Assembly: GCA_030390025.1 (NCBI GenBank)
Contig: JASTWF010000034.1
Coordinates: 1,364,001-1,428,000, forward strand
Direction of reading: 5' to 3'
Length of the DNA stretch: 64,000 nt
Source: Squalus acanthias
Lineage: Eukaryota
This document shows, piece after piece, positions 10,851-23,700 of this stretch. Position 1 is the stretch's first letter, and each line of letters starts with the position of its first letter. The notes under the pieces were generated by a model. That model was not told where the DNA came from, ran no database searches, and saw nothing but the letters and a program-made list of their open reading frames with translations. The position numbers and the translations under genes were made by a program.

Positions 10851-12830
10851 TAGAATCATGGAATCTTACAGTGCAGAAGGAGCCATTCGGCCTGTCCTCC
10901 CTGTGTCGGTTGTTTGAAAGATCTGACCAAATTAGTCCCAGCCTGGACCATTTTACCCTTAACCATGCAAATTAGTGCTCTTCAAGTAAAAATCCAATGG
11001 CCTTATGAAAGTTCCTATGGAATCTGATTCCACCTTCCTTAAAGGTGGTGTGTTCCAGATCATAACAACCTCCTGTTTCAAATATTTTCGCATCATTTCC
11101 CCTCTCGGCGTTTTTAACATTATTTTTAAATCTGTGACCTTTGTTTGCCGACCCACTTGCAAGGGCACAGAGTTTGTCGCAACTTGCTCTGTCAAAACAC
11201 CATATCATTGCGAGTACCTGTATCTGGTCTCCCACTGGCATGTTCTGTTATAAGGTGAACAATTTCAGCTTCGCCAATTGAGGTCCCTCATCCCTAGTAT
11301 CATCCTGGAAACCTTCTCTCTATCCTCCAAAGTACTTGACTTCGTTTATAAAGTGTGGTGCTTAGACTTGTTCACAAAACTCCAGTTGAGGCCTAACCAG
11401 TGATTTGTAAGTGTTTGTCATGGCTTCCTTGTTGTTGTATTCGATGGCTGTTTTTTGAAAGCCAATTATCCCATACACGTTCTATACTGCTTTGTCAAAT
11501 TGCCCAGCCACCTTCAATGATTTGTGAGTATGTTCGCCCAGTTCCCTTCGCTCTTTTACCCATTGAAAATATTGTCATTTACATTAAACTGCCTCGCCAT
11601 ATTGTTTCTCCAAAAGTGCTTCACTGCACAGTTAGCCGCAGTAAATTCCATCTGGCATATGTCTGTCCATTTCACCACTCAGAATAATCCTCCTGAAGTC
11701 TGCTGCTATCCTGCTCACTATTTACAACTTTGCCAAATTTAGCATCAAATGCAATATTGGAAATTTTATCCGATATACACAAGTCCAGGTCATTTTTATA
11801 TAACAGAAAAATCAATGGTTTTAACACCGACCCCTGGGGTACACCACTGCTTACTTCCACATGGTCAAGACAACATCTGTACAACACTACTATCTGCCTC
11901 TTATCTCTTAGACATTAATGAACTCTATTCACCACCGTCCTTTTAATACCACGTGCTTCTACTTTTCCAGTGAGTCTGTTATGTGATACATTATTGAAAT
12001 TCTAGATACACAACATCTACAGCATTCCCTTCATCAACCCGCATTCCTACTTCATCAAATAACTCAATCAGGTCAGTAAAACACGATTATACTTGAACAA
12101 TTTACTTTAATACTGGACAGATGGCTCTCCCTTATTAAACCATGCCTCTCTAAATGAGAACTAATGCTGTCAATGACTGTGGTTGTCAGTAGTTTTCCCA
12201 CTGCCGAATGTAGACTGATTAGCCTGCAGTTACCAGGTTTATCGCTCCCCCCGTTTTTGAACAGTCAGTGACATTTACAATCCGTCAGTCCTCTGGCAAC
12301 ACTCCCATTCCCAAGGGGGGTTGGAAGACTATGATCAGAACCGTTGCTATCTCCACCATTGCTTGCCTCAGCAATGCAGGATGGATCCCATATGGACCGG
12401 GAGACTTGTTATCTTTGAGAGATTCCAACACATTTATCACCTCCTTTCTACCTATTTTATTCTATCCAATATATATACTCCCCATCTTCTACTGCAACTG
12501 CAACCTCTTCTTTTGTGAAGACAGATGCAAAATACTCATTCAGTACCTCTATCATATCATCATCCTCCAGAAGAATATTTCCTTTTTGACCCAAATCGGC
12601 CCCACTATTACCTTAACTATCTATTTAGTTTTTATATGTGAAAGAGTGTTGTATTCCTGTTAATGTTAACCGCTAATCTGTTTTCGTAATCTCATTTGCC
12701 CTTCTTATTTCGTTTTTCAATTGCTGCCTGCACGGTCCGGATTTTACGGGTTATTCTGCTGCATTCGTGAACTTGACATTTGTCATAAGCCTGCTGTTTC
12801 TGTTTAGTTTAAACCGTATTCGCTTGCTCA
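10850..12830 (-). mobile_element. Old decayed CR1 LINE ORF2 (RT to 3' end)
   Basis: [23 protein letters not shown]...ISNIAFDAK remnant at ~11720-11850; CR1 tail at ~10850; many stops. Confidence 0.85.
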
Positions 12831-12849
12831 CCCAGGCACTCTAGCTTCT

Positions 12850-15800
12850 GAAGCCCCATCTTTGCTCCTTTTGCGTACATATCTGGTTTGTACCAAGGAG
12901 ACCAAACACAGATTCTCCAGTCTCTCCACATAACTGAAGTCCACCATCCCTGGAAGCAGTATGAAAAATCTTCCCTAATACCGCTCTGCCATAAGGAGAA
13001 TAATCCCAGATTCTCTAGTCTTTCTAGATAATTGAATACCTTCACCTCTGGTAGATTCTGGTAACTTTCCTCTGCAGCCTTTACAATGTCGTGAAATCCT
13101 TCCAAAAGTGTGGTGCCCAGAATGGGATCAATGCTCCAGCTGCGGCCTAACCAGTGATATAAAAAGTTTTAGCAAACCTCCTTTCTTTTGCACTTTATAC
13201 CTCTAATTTAAAAGCCAAAGATCTTAAAGATGGTTCAACTTATTGACCAACTTATCTTGTGGATGTGCACCCTGAATGTCCTGTAACATTTTATAATATC
13301 CTTTTTATTGTCTCTTCTCATTTGCCGACCCAAAATTCATCACTTCACATTTCTGTGTATTAAATGTAATCTGCCACGTGTCTGCCCATTTCACCAGCCC
13401 ATCTCTACCCTCCCGAAGTCTGCTGCTAACCTCCTCACTGCTTACTACATTTTCAAGTTTACTACATTTCCCACCGTGATCCAAGCTGACTTGCTTTTTA
13501 GATAAAATAAATATGAAACACATGGATTTCATTTTCCTGCAAAGGGGATTTAAATCTTATATAACCGATGCCGTTTACTCATTTTATTTCTTGGGTCTCT
13601 GAAACAAACTACATTTATTTCAAGGCAGAGTTACATTTGTACCACAATACAGGGCTAAGAGGCGGTTTGTATGCTCCTTTTCTCACATTGTGTTTGTGTA
13701 CACGGCCCCTAATTTATAGTTTCGGAGTATCTATGTGGAATATTATCCCTGAGGTAATTTTATACACTGGAATTCAATTTTATTAATAAATGAATGTCTG
13801 ATAATCAATCTGTTACTGAACCTCTAATGTAACTTTCAAAATGGAATTGGGTAAATGCTTGAAATGGAAACACGTGCAGGCCTATGTGGAAACAGTCTAT
13901 GAAAGGGCCTAATTGTATTGGTCTTTCAAAGAACCGCACAGGCAGGTTGGACCTAGTGGCCTCCTTCTCTGCTCTAAGGTTCTACAATTTTCTGAATCTA
14001 CTGTGGTGTTATTCAAAGAATTAACTAATTGTATGGCTTAAAACATATCGGAGAGATTCACAAAATGCATTATCATTCAATGTGTTTAGCCTGTGTCTTG
14101 ATTCTGATGCCCTGTCCTTAATGTCAGGGGATAAATTCTTCATTGTCCGAGGTGACGCTTTTCTGAACTAAAACCACTAGTTTCCGTTGTAAGCATTTCC
14201 TGACAATGTTAACTGCAGCCTGCATTTTTATTACGTTCTTGCTTATCGGTATTTAATTCCTCTACTTTGTTCCATGCAGATTGCACCAGAACAACCCCAG
14301 CTTCTGTAATATCTCCTCAAAACTGAAGTCCCTCATTCCCGGTGCCATACTGTTAAATCTCCACTTCACCTTCACTGCTCTGGGGAGAATAATCCCACCA
14401 TCTCTAGTCTCTCCTCATAATTGAAGTCCCTCATTCCCAGTATATTACTGATAAATCACACCTTAACCTTCTCTGCACTAAGGAGAAAAAAAATCCCAGT
14501 TTCTCTAATCTCTCTACATAACTGAAGTTGCTCAGGCCTCGTGCCACTCTGGTTAATCTTCCCTTATACCTCTCTGCCATAAGGAGATCAATCCCAGCTT
14601 CTCTAGTTATTCTACATAACTGAATTCCCTCATCCATGGCACGATTCTGGTAAATTTCCTTGGCACATTTACAAATCCGTGACATCTTTCCTATGGTTTG
14701 TCGCTGAGAATTGGAAACATTGCTCCAGCTGAAGCCTAACCAGTGATACACAAATGATTAGCAGCACCTCCTTCCTTTTGTACATTATACCTCAGCTTTT
14801 AAAGCCAAAGATCTCAAAGTTTTCAAAATATATTGACCAACTTATCTTGTTTATGTGTACCCTGAATGTACTGCAACATTTTATAATTTCCTTCATATTG
14901 CCTCTTCTCATTTCCCTACCCAAAATTCATCACTTCACATTCTTCTGCATTAAATGTAATCTGCCACGTGTCTGTACATTGCACCAGCCTATCTCTGTCC
15001 TCCTGAATTCTGCTGCTAAACTACTCAATGCTTACTTTACTTTCAAGTTTACTACATTTCCAACCGTTATTCAAGCAGACTTGCTTTTTAGATAAAAGAA
15101 ATATGAAACAAATGGATTTCATTTTCCTGCAAAGGGGATTTAAATCTTATGGTTTCGCTTCCGTTTACTCATTTTAATTTTTTGGTCTCTGAAACAAACT
15201 GCATTGATTTCAAGGCATATTTTCATCTGTAGCACAATACAGGGCTAAGAGGCGGTTTGTAAGTTCCTAATTCACACATTGTGTTTGTGTACACGCCACT
15301 AATTTACAGTTTAGGAGAATCACGGTGGAATATTATCCCTGACGTAATTTAAAATACTGGATTTCAATTTTATTAATAAATGAATGTCTGAGAATCAATC
15401 TGTTTCTGACCCTCTAATTGTAACTGTCTAAAGGGAATTGTGTAAATGCCTAAACAGGAAACACGTGCAGGTTTAGGTGGATAAAGTCTATGAAAGGGCC
15501 TGATTGGATTGGTCTTTCAAAGAGCCGCATAGGCAGGTTGGACCGAGTGACCTCCTTCTCTGCTCTATTATTATATAAAAGTCTGATTATAACTGTGGTT
15601 GTAATTAAATAATTAACTAATTATACGGCTTAAAACATATCAGAGAGATTCCCACCATGCATTATCCTTCAAGTTGTTTATCCTGGGTGTTGGTTCTGAT
15701 GCACTGTTGTTAATGTCAGGGGTTAAATACTTCATTGTCCGACGTGAAGTGCTTCTGAGCTGAAACCACAGGTTTCCGTTGTAAGCATTTCCTGTCATTG

Positions 15801-18800
15801 TAGACTGCAGCCTGAATGTTTTGCTTACCGGTATTTAATTCCTCTTCTTTGTTCCCTGCAGATTACACCAGAACAACCCAGCTTTTCTCATCTGTCCTCC
15901 AAACTAAAATCCCTCTTTCCCGGTACCAGACTGTTAAATCTCCACTACACCTTCACTGCGCTAAGGAGAATAATGCCAATTCCCTAATCTCTCCTCATAA
16001 CTGAAGTCCCTAATCCACGCTACTTTACTGGTAAAACTACACTTCACCTTCACTGCTCTAAGGAGAATAATCCCACCTTCTCTAGTTTCTCCAGTAAACT
16101 GAAGTCCCTCATTCCCGGTATATTACTGATACATCACACCTTAACCTTCTATGTTCTCAGGAGAACTGTGGTTGTAATTAAATAATTAACTAATTATACG
16201 GCTTTAAACATTTCAGAGAGATTCCCAACATGCATTATGCTTCAGTATGTTTAGACTGAGTCTTGGTTCTGATGCCCTGTTATTAATGTCAGGGGTTAAA
16301 TGCTTCATTGTCCGACGTGAAGCGCTTCTGAGCTGAAACCACATGTTTCTCTTGTAAGCATTTCCATCACCAGAACAAACCCAGCTTCTCTCATCTGTCC
16401 TCCAAACTGAAGTCCCTCAATCCCGGTACCATTCTGGTAAATCTTCACTTCACCTTCACTGCTCTAAGCAGAAAAATCCCACCTTCTCTACTGTCTCCAC
16501 GGAACTGAAGTCCCTCATTCCTGGTACCATACTGTTAAATCTCCACTTCACCTTCAGTGCTCAAGGAGAATAATCCCACCTTCTCTAGTGTCTCCGCGGA
16601 ACTGAAGTCCCTCATTCCCGGTATATTACTGATACATCACACCTTAACCTTCGCCGCTTAAGGAGAAAAAACATCTCTGATTCTCTTATCTCTCTAAATA
16701 ACTGAAGTAGCTCAGGCCTCGTGCCATTCTGGTGAATCTTCCCTTATACCTCTCTGCCATAAGGAGACCAATCCCAGCTTCTCTAGTTATTCTAAGTAAC
16801 TGAATTCGCTCATCCCTGGCACCATTCTGGTAAATGTCCTTGGGAGCGTTTACAAGGTCTTGACATCCTTCCTAAAGTGTGATGCCCAGAGTGGGACACA
16901 ATGCTCCAGCTGAGACCTAACCAGTGATATACAAAGTTTTAGCAAACATCCTTCCTTTTGTACTTGATGCCTCTACTTTTAAAGCCAATTATACAGCTTA
17001 AAACATATCAGAGAGATTCCCACGATGCATTATCCTTCAGTATGTTTATCCTGGGTCTTGGTTCTGATGCCCTGTTCTTAATGTTCGGTGTTTACTGCTT
17101 CATTGGCCGACGTGAAGCACTTCTGAGCTGAAACAACAGGTTTCCGTTGTAAGCATTTCCTGTCACTGTTGACTGCAGTCTGAATTTTTTTCATATACTT
17201 TGCTTATCGGTATTTAATTCCTCTTCTTTGTTCCCTGCAGATTGCACCAAAGCAACCCCAGCTTCTCTCATCTGTCCTCCAAACTGAAGCCCCTCATTCC
17301 CGGAACCATACCGTTAAATCTCCACTTCACCTTCACTGCTCTAAAGAGAATAATGCCACCTTTCCTAGCCTCTCCTCATAACTAAAGTCCCTCATCCCCG
17401 CTACCGTACTGGTAAATCTCCACTTCACCTTCACTGCTCGAAGGAGAATAATCCCACCTTCTCTAGTCTCTCCACTAAACTGAAGTCCCTCAACCCCGGT
17501 AACATACTGGTAAATCTCCACTTCACCTTCACTGCTCCAAGCAGAATAATCCCACATTCTCTATTCTCATCACTAAACTGAAGTCCCTCATCCTCGGTAC
17601 CGTACTGGTAAATCTCCACTTCACCTTCACTGCTCCAAGGAGAATAATCCCACCTTCTCTAGTCTCTCCACTAAACTGAAGTCCCTCATTACCGGTATAT
17701 TACTGATACATCACACCTTAACGTTCTCTGCTCTAAGGAGATAAATCATTCCAGTTTCTCTAATCTCTCTGCATAACGGAAATTGTTTAGGCCTCGTTCC
17801 ATTCTGGTGAATCTTCCCTTATACCTCTCTGCCATAAGGAGACCAATCCCAGCTTCTCTAGTTATTCTACATAACTGAATTCCCTCATCCATGGCACCAT
17901 TCTGGTAAATTTCCTTGGCACCCTTTACAAGGTCGTGACATCCTTCCTAAAGTGTGGTGCTGAGAATTGGAAACATTGCTCCAGCTGAAGCCTAACCAGT
18001 AATATACAAAGTATTAGCATCACATCTTTCCTTCTCTACATTATACATAAACATTTAAAGCCAAAGATCTTAAAGTTTTTAAAATATATTGACCAACTTA
18101 TCTTGTTTATGTGCACCCTGAATGGCTTGACACATTTAAACATTTTCTTTACATTGCCTCTTCTCATTTGCCTACTCAAAATTCATAACTTCACATTTTT
18201 CTGCATTAAATGTAATCTGCTACGTGTCTGCCCATTTCACCTGCCTGTCTTTAACCTCCTGTAGTCTGCTGCTAACCTCCTCACTGTTTACTACAATTTC
18301 AAGTTTACTACATTTCCAACCGTGCTCCAAGTTGACTTGCTTTTTAGATAAAAGAATCGTGAAACACATGGATTTCATTTTCCTGCAAAGGGGATTAAAA
18401 TCTTATATTTCCGATGCCGTTTACTCATTTTATTTTTGTGATTCTGAAACAAACTTCATTGATTTCAAGGCACAGTTACATTTGTTGCACAATACAGGGC
18501 TCAGAGGCGGATTGTATGCTCCTTTTCAAACATTGTGTTGGTGTACACGCCACTAATCTATAGTTTATTAGATTCTAGGTGGAATATTATCCCTGATGTA
18601 ATTTAAAAGACTGGAATTCAATTTTATTAATAAATGAATATCTGAGAATCAATCTGTTTCTGAAACTTTAATTGTAACTGTCAAAAGTGAATTATGTAAA
18701 TGCTTCAACAGGAAACACGTGCAGGGCTATGTGGATAAAGCCTATGAAAGGGCCTAATTGGACTGGTATTTCAAAGAGCCGCACAGGCAGGTTGGACCAA

Positions 18801-19470
18801 GTGGCCTCCTTCTCTGCTCTAAGATGTTATAATTTAAGGATTCTAACTGTGGTGGTATTCAAAGAATTAACTAATTATACGGCCTTTAAATATCAGAGAG
18901 ATTCGCACAATGCATTATCCTTCAATTTGTTTAGGCTGAGTTTTTTTCTGATGTCCTGTTGTTAATGTCAGGGTTTAAATGCTTCATTGGCCGAGGTGAA
19001 GCTTCTGAGCTGAAACCACAGGTTTCCGTTGGAAGCATTTCCTGTCACTGTTGACTGCAGCCTGAAATATTTTCATATTATTTTCTTATCGGTATTTAAT
19101 TCCTCTTATTTTTTCCATGCAGATTGCTCCAGTTCAACCCCAGCTTCTCTCACCTCTCCTCACCTCTGAAACCCCTCATCACCGGTACCATACTGCTATA
19201 ACTCAATTTAACCCTCCACTGCTCTAAGGAGAACAATCGCAACTTCCCTAGTCTCTGCACGGAACTGAAGACCCTCATTCTTGGTATATTATATCATAAA
19301 TCACCCCTTAACCGTCTCTGCTCTAAGGAAAAACATAATCCCTGCTGCTAATCTCTCCAGACAACTGAAGTTTCTCAGGCCTGTTGCCATTCTGAAGAAT
19401 CTCCCATTGAACCTATATGCTTTAAGGAGAACAATCCCAACTTTTCTAGACTCTCCACATAACCTAAGTC
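12850..19470. repeat. Local tandem segmental duplication, ~1.6-kb units with internal deletions
   Basis: Block GCTTTTTAGATAAAA...GGAATTCAATTTTATTAATAAATG at ~13490, ~15080, ~18340; block CTTCTGAGCTGAAACCACAGGTTTCCG (or variant) at ~14160, 15750, 16325, 17120, 19000; CR1 pieces in the same order in each unit. Confidence 0.9.
17250..17760. repeat. 98-bp tandem repeat derived from the CR1 ORF2 3' region (~5 copies; further runs at ~14290-14660, 15870-16160, 16375-16830, 19130-19470)
   Basis: TGAAGTCCC-type anchor at 17285, 17383, 17481, 17579, 17677; minus strand encodes GMRDFSYEERLGKVALFSLEQ-like peptides. Confidence 0.9.
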
Positions 19471-21109
19471 ACTAGGATTAGGACCATCCGTTTAGATGCC
19501 TCTGCTGCATCCCACAATTCCCCTGGTCACAACTTTCAACCTCCTCTGAGGCTCCGCCCTCTCTGAGCTCTGATTCTGAGTCTAACCCCATTATCTCTCC
19601 TATCCCCACACATGCTCCGCTGCTGTTTAGTTTGCCTATGAAACCCACTACCTTGGCCTTGGCCATATTCTAAGTAAACAGCTGACCATCTAACTTCCTT
19701 TCATAGCTGAAAAAAGCTGAAATTATGAATCATCAGTCTCTTCAGTTACTGTCATTCTTTTAGAAAACTGCACTGTGGCTGATAGTATCCTCCGATTTTT
19801 CCCATTCTGTTTGTGTGATGTAACTAAACACATCCCGTTTTATTTAGTTTGGTAGATGCGAGTAGAATCTGATTAACTTTGTTTTGCATTTTAAGAACTT
19901 GAATTGAATTAAATTGTATTAATGTATGAAAGTACGGAGTTTCTGTCTGCTACTGCACCACACATGGTGGAGGTTTGTCCAAGAATTAATTAATTATTCG
20001 GTTGAAAGTGTACAAGAAAGAATGCCACAATGTATTTCTTTCAATGTGTTGAAACACATTCTTGGTTCTGATGCACTGTTCTTACTGTCAGGGATCAAAT
20101 TCCTCTCTGTCTGAGCTGAAGCGCTTCTGAGCTGAAACCACAGGCTTCCGTTTACAGCATTTGCTGTCACTGTTAACTTCAGTCTGAAATTAAATAGAGT
20201 TACATATAATTTCAACCTCTGTGTGATATTTGTGAGCTTTTGTGTACTGTCTGTAGAATTAAACGCTATTGTGAAGTAATTCAGGCTGCGTTCAGATCAA
20301 GGAACTTATATTAACTTCACTTCCTCATTCAGTAAACAAGATTTGGCAACATCAGAGATACTCGTCTTCAAAATGGGCGGACACTAATGTCTTTCAACAA
20401 ACACAATGCTGCAACTGCCCCCTGTACTCAGAATTTAGCTCTGAAACTCCAATGTTTTGAATCTCAATTTACACCGTTAGTGCCTCCAGCTATTCCATAC
20501 TGAAGCTCCTCCGCTTGTATTGCCATTCTGTTTCGGGGTATGGCAGCATGTGGAGATCTGTCAAGATGCTCAGTGTTTGCACACACAATGCACCCAGCTG
20601 TTGTCCTTTGTCTTTCAAAGATGGTTTTACTCAGTAACAAAATGGAACTCTTCTGTTCTTTGAACAACTTTTTACGCAATGTTATATCCTTAGCCACAAG
20701 TGCTTATTTTGATTCTTGCCGTGGGCTATTGGCATTCATTACAAACGGACATATGGATAGAAGTAATTTAACTGAATAATAGAGTCTTACAGGGAGCCAT
20801 TTTTCCCGTAGTGCCTGTACAGCCTCTTTGATTGAGCTGCTCAATTTGGTTCCACACCTGAGTATTTTAGTCATAGCCCTGAAAATTATTGCTCTTCAAA
20901 TACATGTCCCGTTGCCTTTTGCAACCTCCTGTGGAATCTGATTCCAACACACTGACAGTTGTGCGTTCCAGATCTTGAAAACCCGCTGTGTAAAATAAAT
21001 CTCCTCATTTCGCTTCTAGTTATTTTTTCCAATTATTCTAAATCTTTGACGTCAGGTTCCCGGCTCACTTGCCTTTGGAAAGTTTTTCCCTTCCAGAGGA
21101 ACAAAAGAA

Positions 21110-22035
21110 GATAAGAAATAAGAGCAGGAGTTGGCCATTTGCCATTCGAGCCTGCTCCGCCACTCAATAGGATCATGATTGATCTTCTACCTCAACTCCA
21201 CTTTCCCGCACTATCCCCATATCCCTTAATTTCCTTAGTTCCCAAAAAAATATCGACCTCTGTCTTGAATATCCTCAACGGCTGAGCATCAAGAGCTCTC
21301 TGGAGTAGAGAATTCCAAAGATTCACCACCCTATGAGAGAAGAAATTTCTCCTAAGCTCAGTGCTAAATGGCCGACCCCTTATTCTGAGACTGTGACCCG
21401 TGTTTCTTATTCCCCAGCCAGGGGAAGCATTTTCTCAGTATTAACCCTGTCAAGCTCCTTAAGATATTTATAATTTTAATTAGATCACCTCTCATTCTCC
21501 TAAACTCTCGGTAATATCGGCCTTGTCTACACAATTTCTCCTCAGATGGCAATCCCCTAACCTTGGTATCAGACTAGTGAACCTTCGTGCACTCCCTCTA
21601 AGGTAAGTATGTCTTTCCTTAGCTGATAGGACTTGAAGTGTACACAATATTCCACGTGTGCCCTCACCAAAGCCCTGTATAATTGTAGTAAGATATTTTA
21701 CTCTTTTACTCTAATCCCATCGAACAAGAGCTAACATACGATGTGCTTCCTAATTGCTTGCTGTGCCTGCATGTTAACTTTCTGTGATTCATGTCCCAGG
21801 GCGTCCAGGTCCCTCTGAATGCAAACATGTTTCAAGTCTCTCACCATTGAAAAAGTCTCCTGCTTTTTTGTTTTAACGAACACAGTGAATAAGTTCACAC
21901 TTCCCTACATTGTAATTATTTCGCCATTTTCCTGCCCACTCAGTGTTTCTCTCCCTGCAACTTCTTTGCGTCCCCCTAACAGCTTACTTTTCCATTTAAC
22001 TTTGTATCATCAGCAAACTTGGATACGTTACACTC
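21110..22035 (-). mobile_element. CR1 LINE 3' fragment
   Basis: EFRRMRGDLIK motif; CR1 3' UTR at ~21110-21220. Confidence 0.85.
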
Positions 22036-22204
22036 AGTCCCTTTATCTAAGTCAAGAAAGTGGTTGAGGAAAATACCTCAGATGCCTTCAAAAGGAAATT
22101 AGACGATTACATGAGAGAAAAGGGAATAGGAAGATAGGCTGAAAAGTTGAGATGAGGTAGATGGAATGGGAAGAGATTCTTACACCGGTGTAAAAACCAG
22201 CACG

Positions 22205-23005
22205 AATAAGAACATAAAACATAGGAGCAGGAGTAGGCCATTCGGCCCCTCCAGCCTGCTCCGCCATTCAATCAGATCATGGCTGATTTTCCACCTCAAC
22301 CTCACTTTCCTGCAATATCCCCATATCACAAGATTCCCTTAATATCCCAAAATCATTTGATCCCTGCCTTTACGACTGAGCCTCCACAGCCCTCTGGGGT
22401 AGAGAATTCCAAAGATTCGCCACCCTCTGAGTGCAGAAATATCTCCTCAAACCAGTCTTAAATGGCCGACCCCTTATTATGAGATTGTAACCCCTGGTTC
22501 GAGACTCGCCAGCCAGGGGAATCATCCTCCCTGCATTTACTCTGTCAAACCTAGTAAGAAGTTTGGATGTTTCAATGAAATCACCTCTCATTCTTCGAAA
22601 CTGTAGAGAATATAGGCCTAGTCCACTCAATATCTCCTCATAGGACACACTCCCATCACAGAAACCAGTCTGGTGAACTTTCGTTGCACTCCCTCTGTGG
22701 CAAATATATCCTTCCTTTAGGTAAGGAGATCAAAACTGTACACAATTTTCCAGGTGAGGTATCAGCAGGAGCCTATACAATTGCAGTAAGACGTCTTTAC
22801 TCTTGTACTCAAATTCTTTTTTAATAAAGGCCAACATACCATTTGCTTTCCTTATTGCTTGCTATACCTGCATGACAAATTTCAGTGAATCCTGTACAAG
22901 GATACTCAGGTCCCTCTGAACAACAACATTTCCCAATCTCTCACCAATTAAAAAAAGCTCTGCTTTTCATATCAAAGATGATAAGTTCACATTTCTCCAC
23001 ATTAT
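22205..23005 (-). mobile_element. CR1 LINE 3' fragment
   Basis: ORF 22370-22648 MSYEEILSGLGLYSLQFRRMRGD...QRVANLWNSLPQ; tail at ~22205. Confidence 0.9.
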
Positions 23006-23059
23006 CTACCTGTTGGACCGAAGGGCCAATTTCTGTGTATTTTAAGTAATTATCTTATT

Positions 23060-23392
23060 TTTTTTATTCGTCGTTGGCAAAGCTAGCATTTATGGTCCCT
23101 CCACTAATTGCCCTTGAGTGGCTTGCTAGGTCATTTCAAAGAGCAGTTAAGATTGAATCACATTTAGACCAGATCAGAAAAGGATAGCAGATTTTCTACC
23201 CTCGTGAACCAGATGGTCTTTTATGACAATTCGGTAGTTTCAACGTCACAATTATTCCAGATTTATTTAATTAACTGAATTTAAATTCCCCAGCTCTTTT
23301 GTGGTTGTATTTGAACTCACTTTCTCATCAGTCTTGGTTTCCATGGATTAACTGGAAAACTAGTCCAGTAATATTACCACTATGCTACCGTT
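23060..23392 (-). mobile_element. tRNA-derived SINE whose tail matches the LINE family at 39765-40750 (related cores at ~31915-32070 and ~43020-43170)
   Basis: Minus head GGTAGCATAGTGGTAAT (A box), GAGTTCAAATAC (B box); tail GGGCAATTAG...ATAAATGCTAGCTTTGCCAACGACG matches 40683-40725. The core resembles Meta-domain SINEs from memory only. Confidence 0.65.
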
Positions 23393-23404
23393 CCCTTACG
23401 GTGT

Positions 23405-23700
23405 CAATATCCCTCATGATTTAGAATACCACTATTATGCATCCCCTTAACCTTCCCTGCTCCAAAGAAAACAATCCCAGCTTCTCCCGTCTCTCCCCAT
23501 AACCGAAGCCCCTCATGCCTTGTACCATCCTGGTAAACCTCGCCCGTACCCTCTCCAAGGCCTTGACATCGTTCCTGAAGTGGAGTGCCAGAATTGGACA
23601 CAATACGCCAGCCCAGGGATACTCACATATTTAGCATGACTTCCTTGTTGTTGTTTTCAATGGCCCCGTTTACACAGCCAAGTATCTCTATCCTTTCTGA
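23405..23700 (-). mobile_element. CR1 LINE fragment
   Basis: HFRNDVKALERVRARFTRMVQGMRG...KLGLFSLEQ. Confidence 0.85.
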
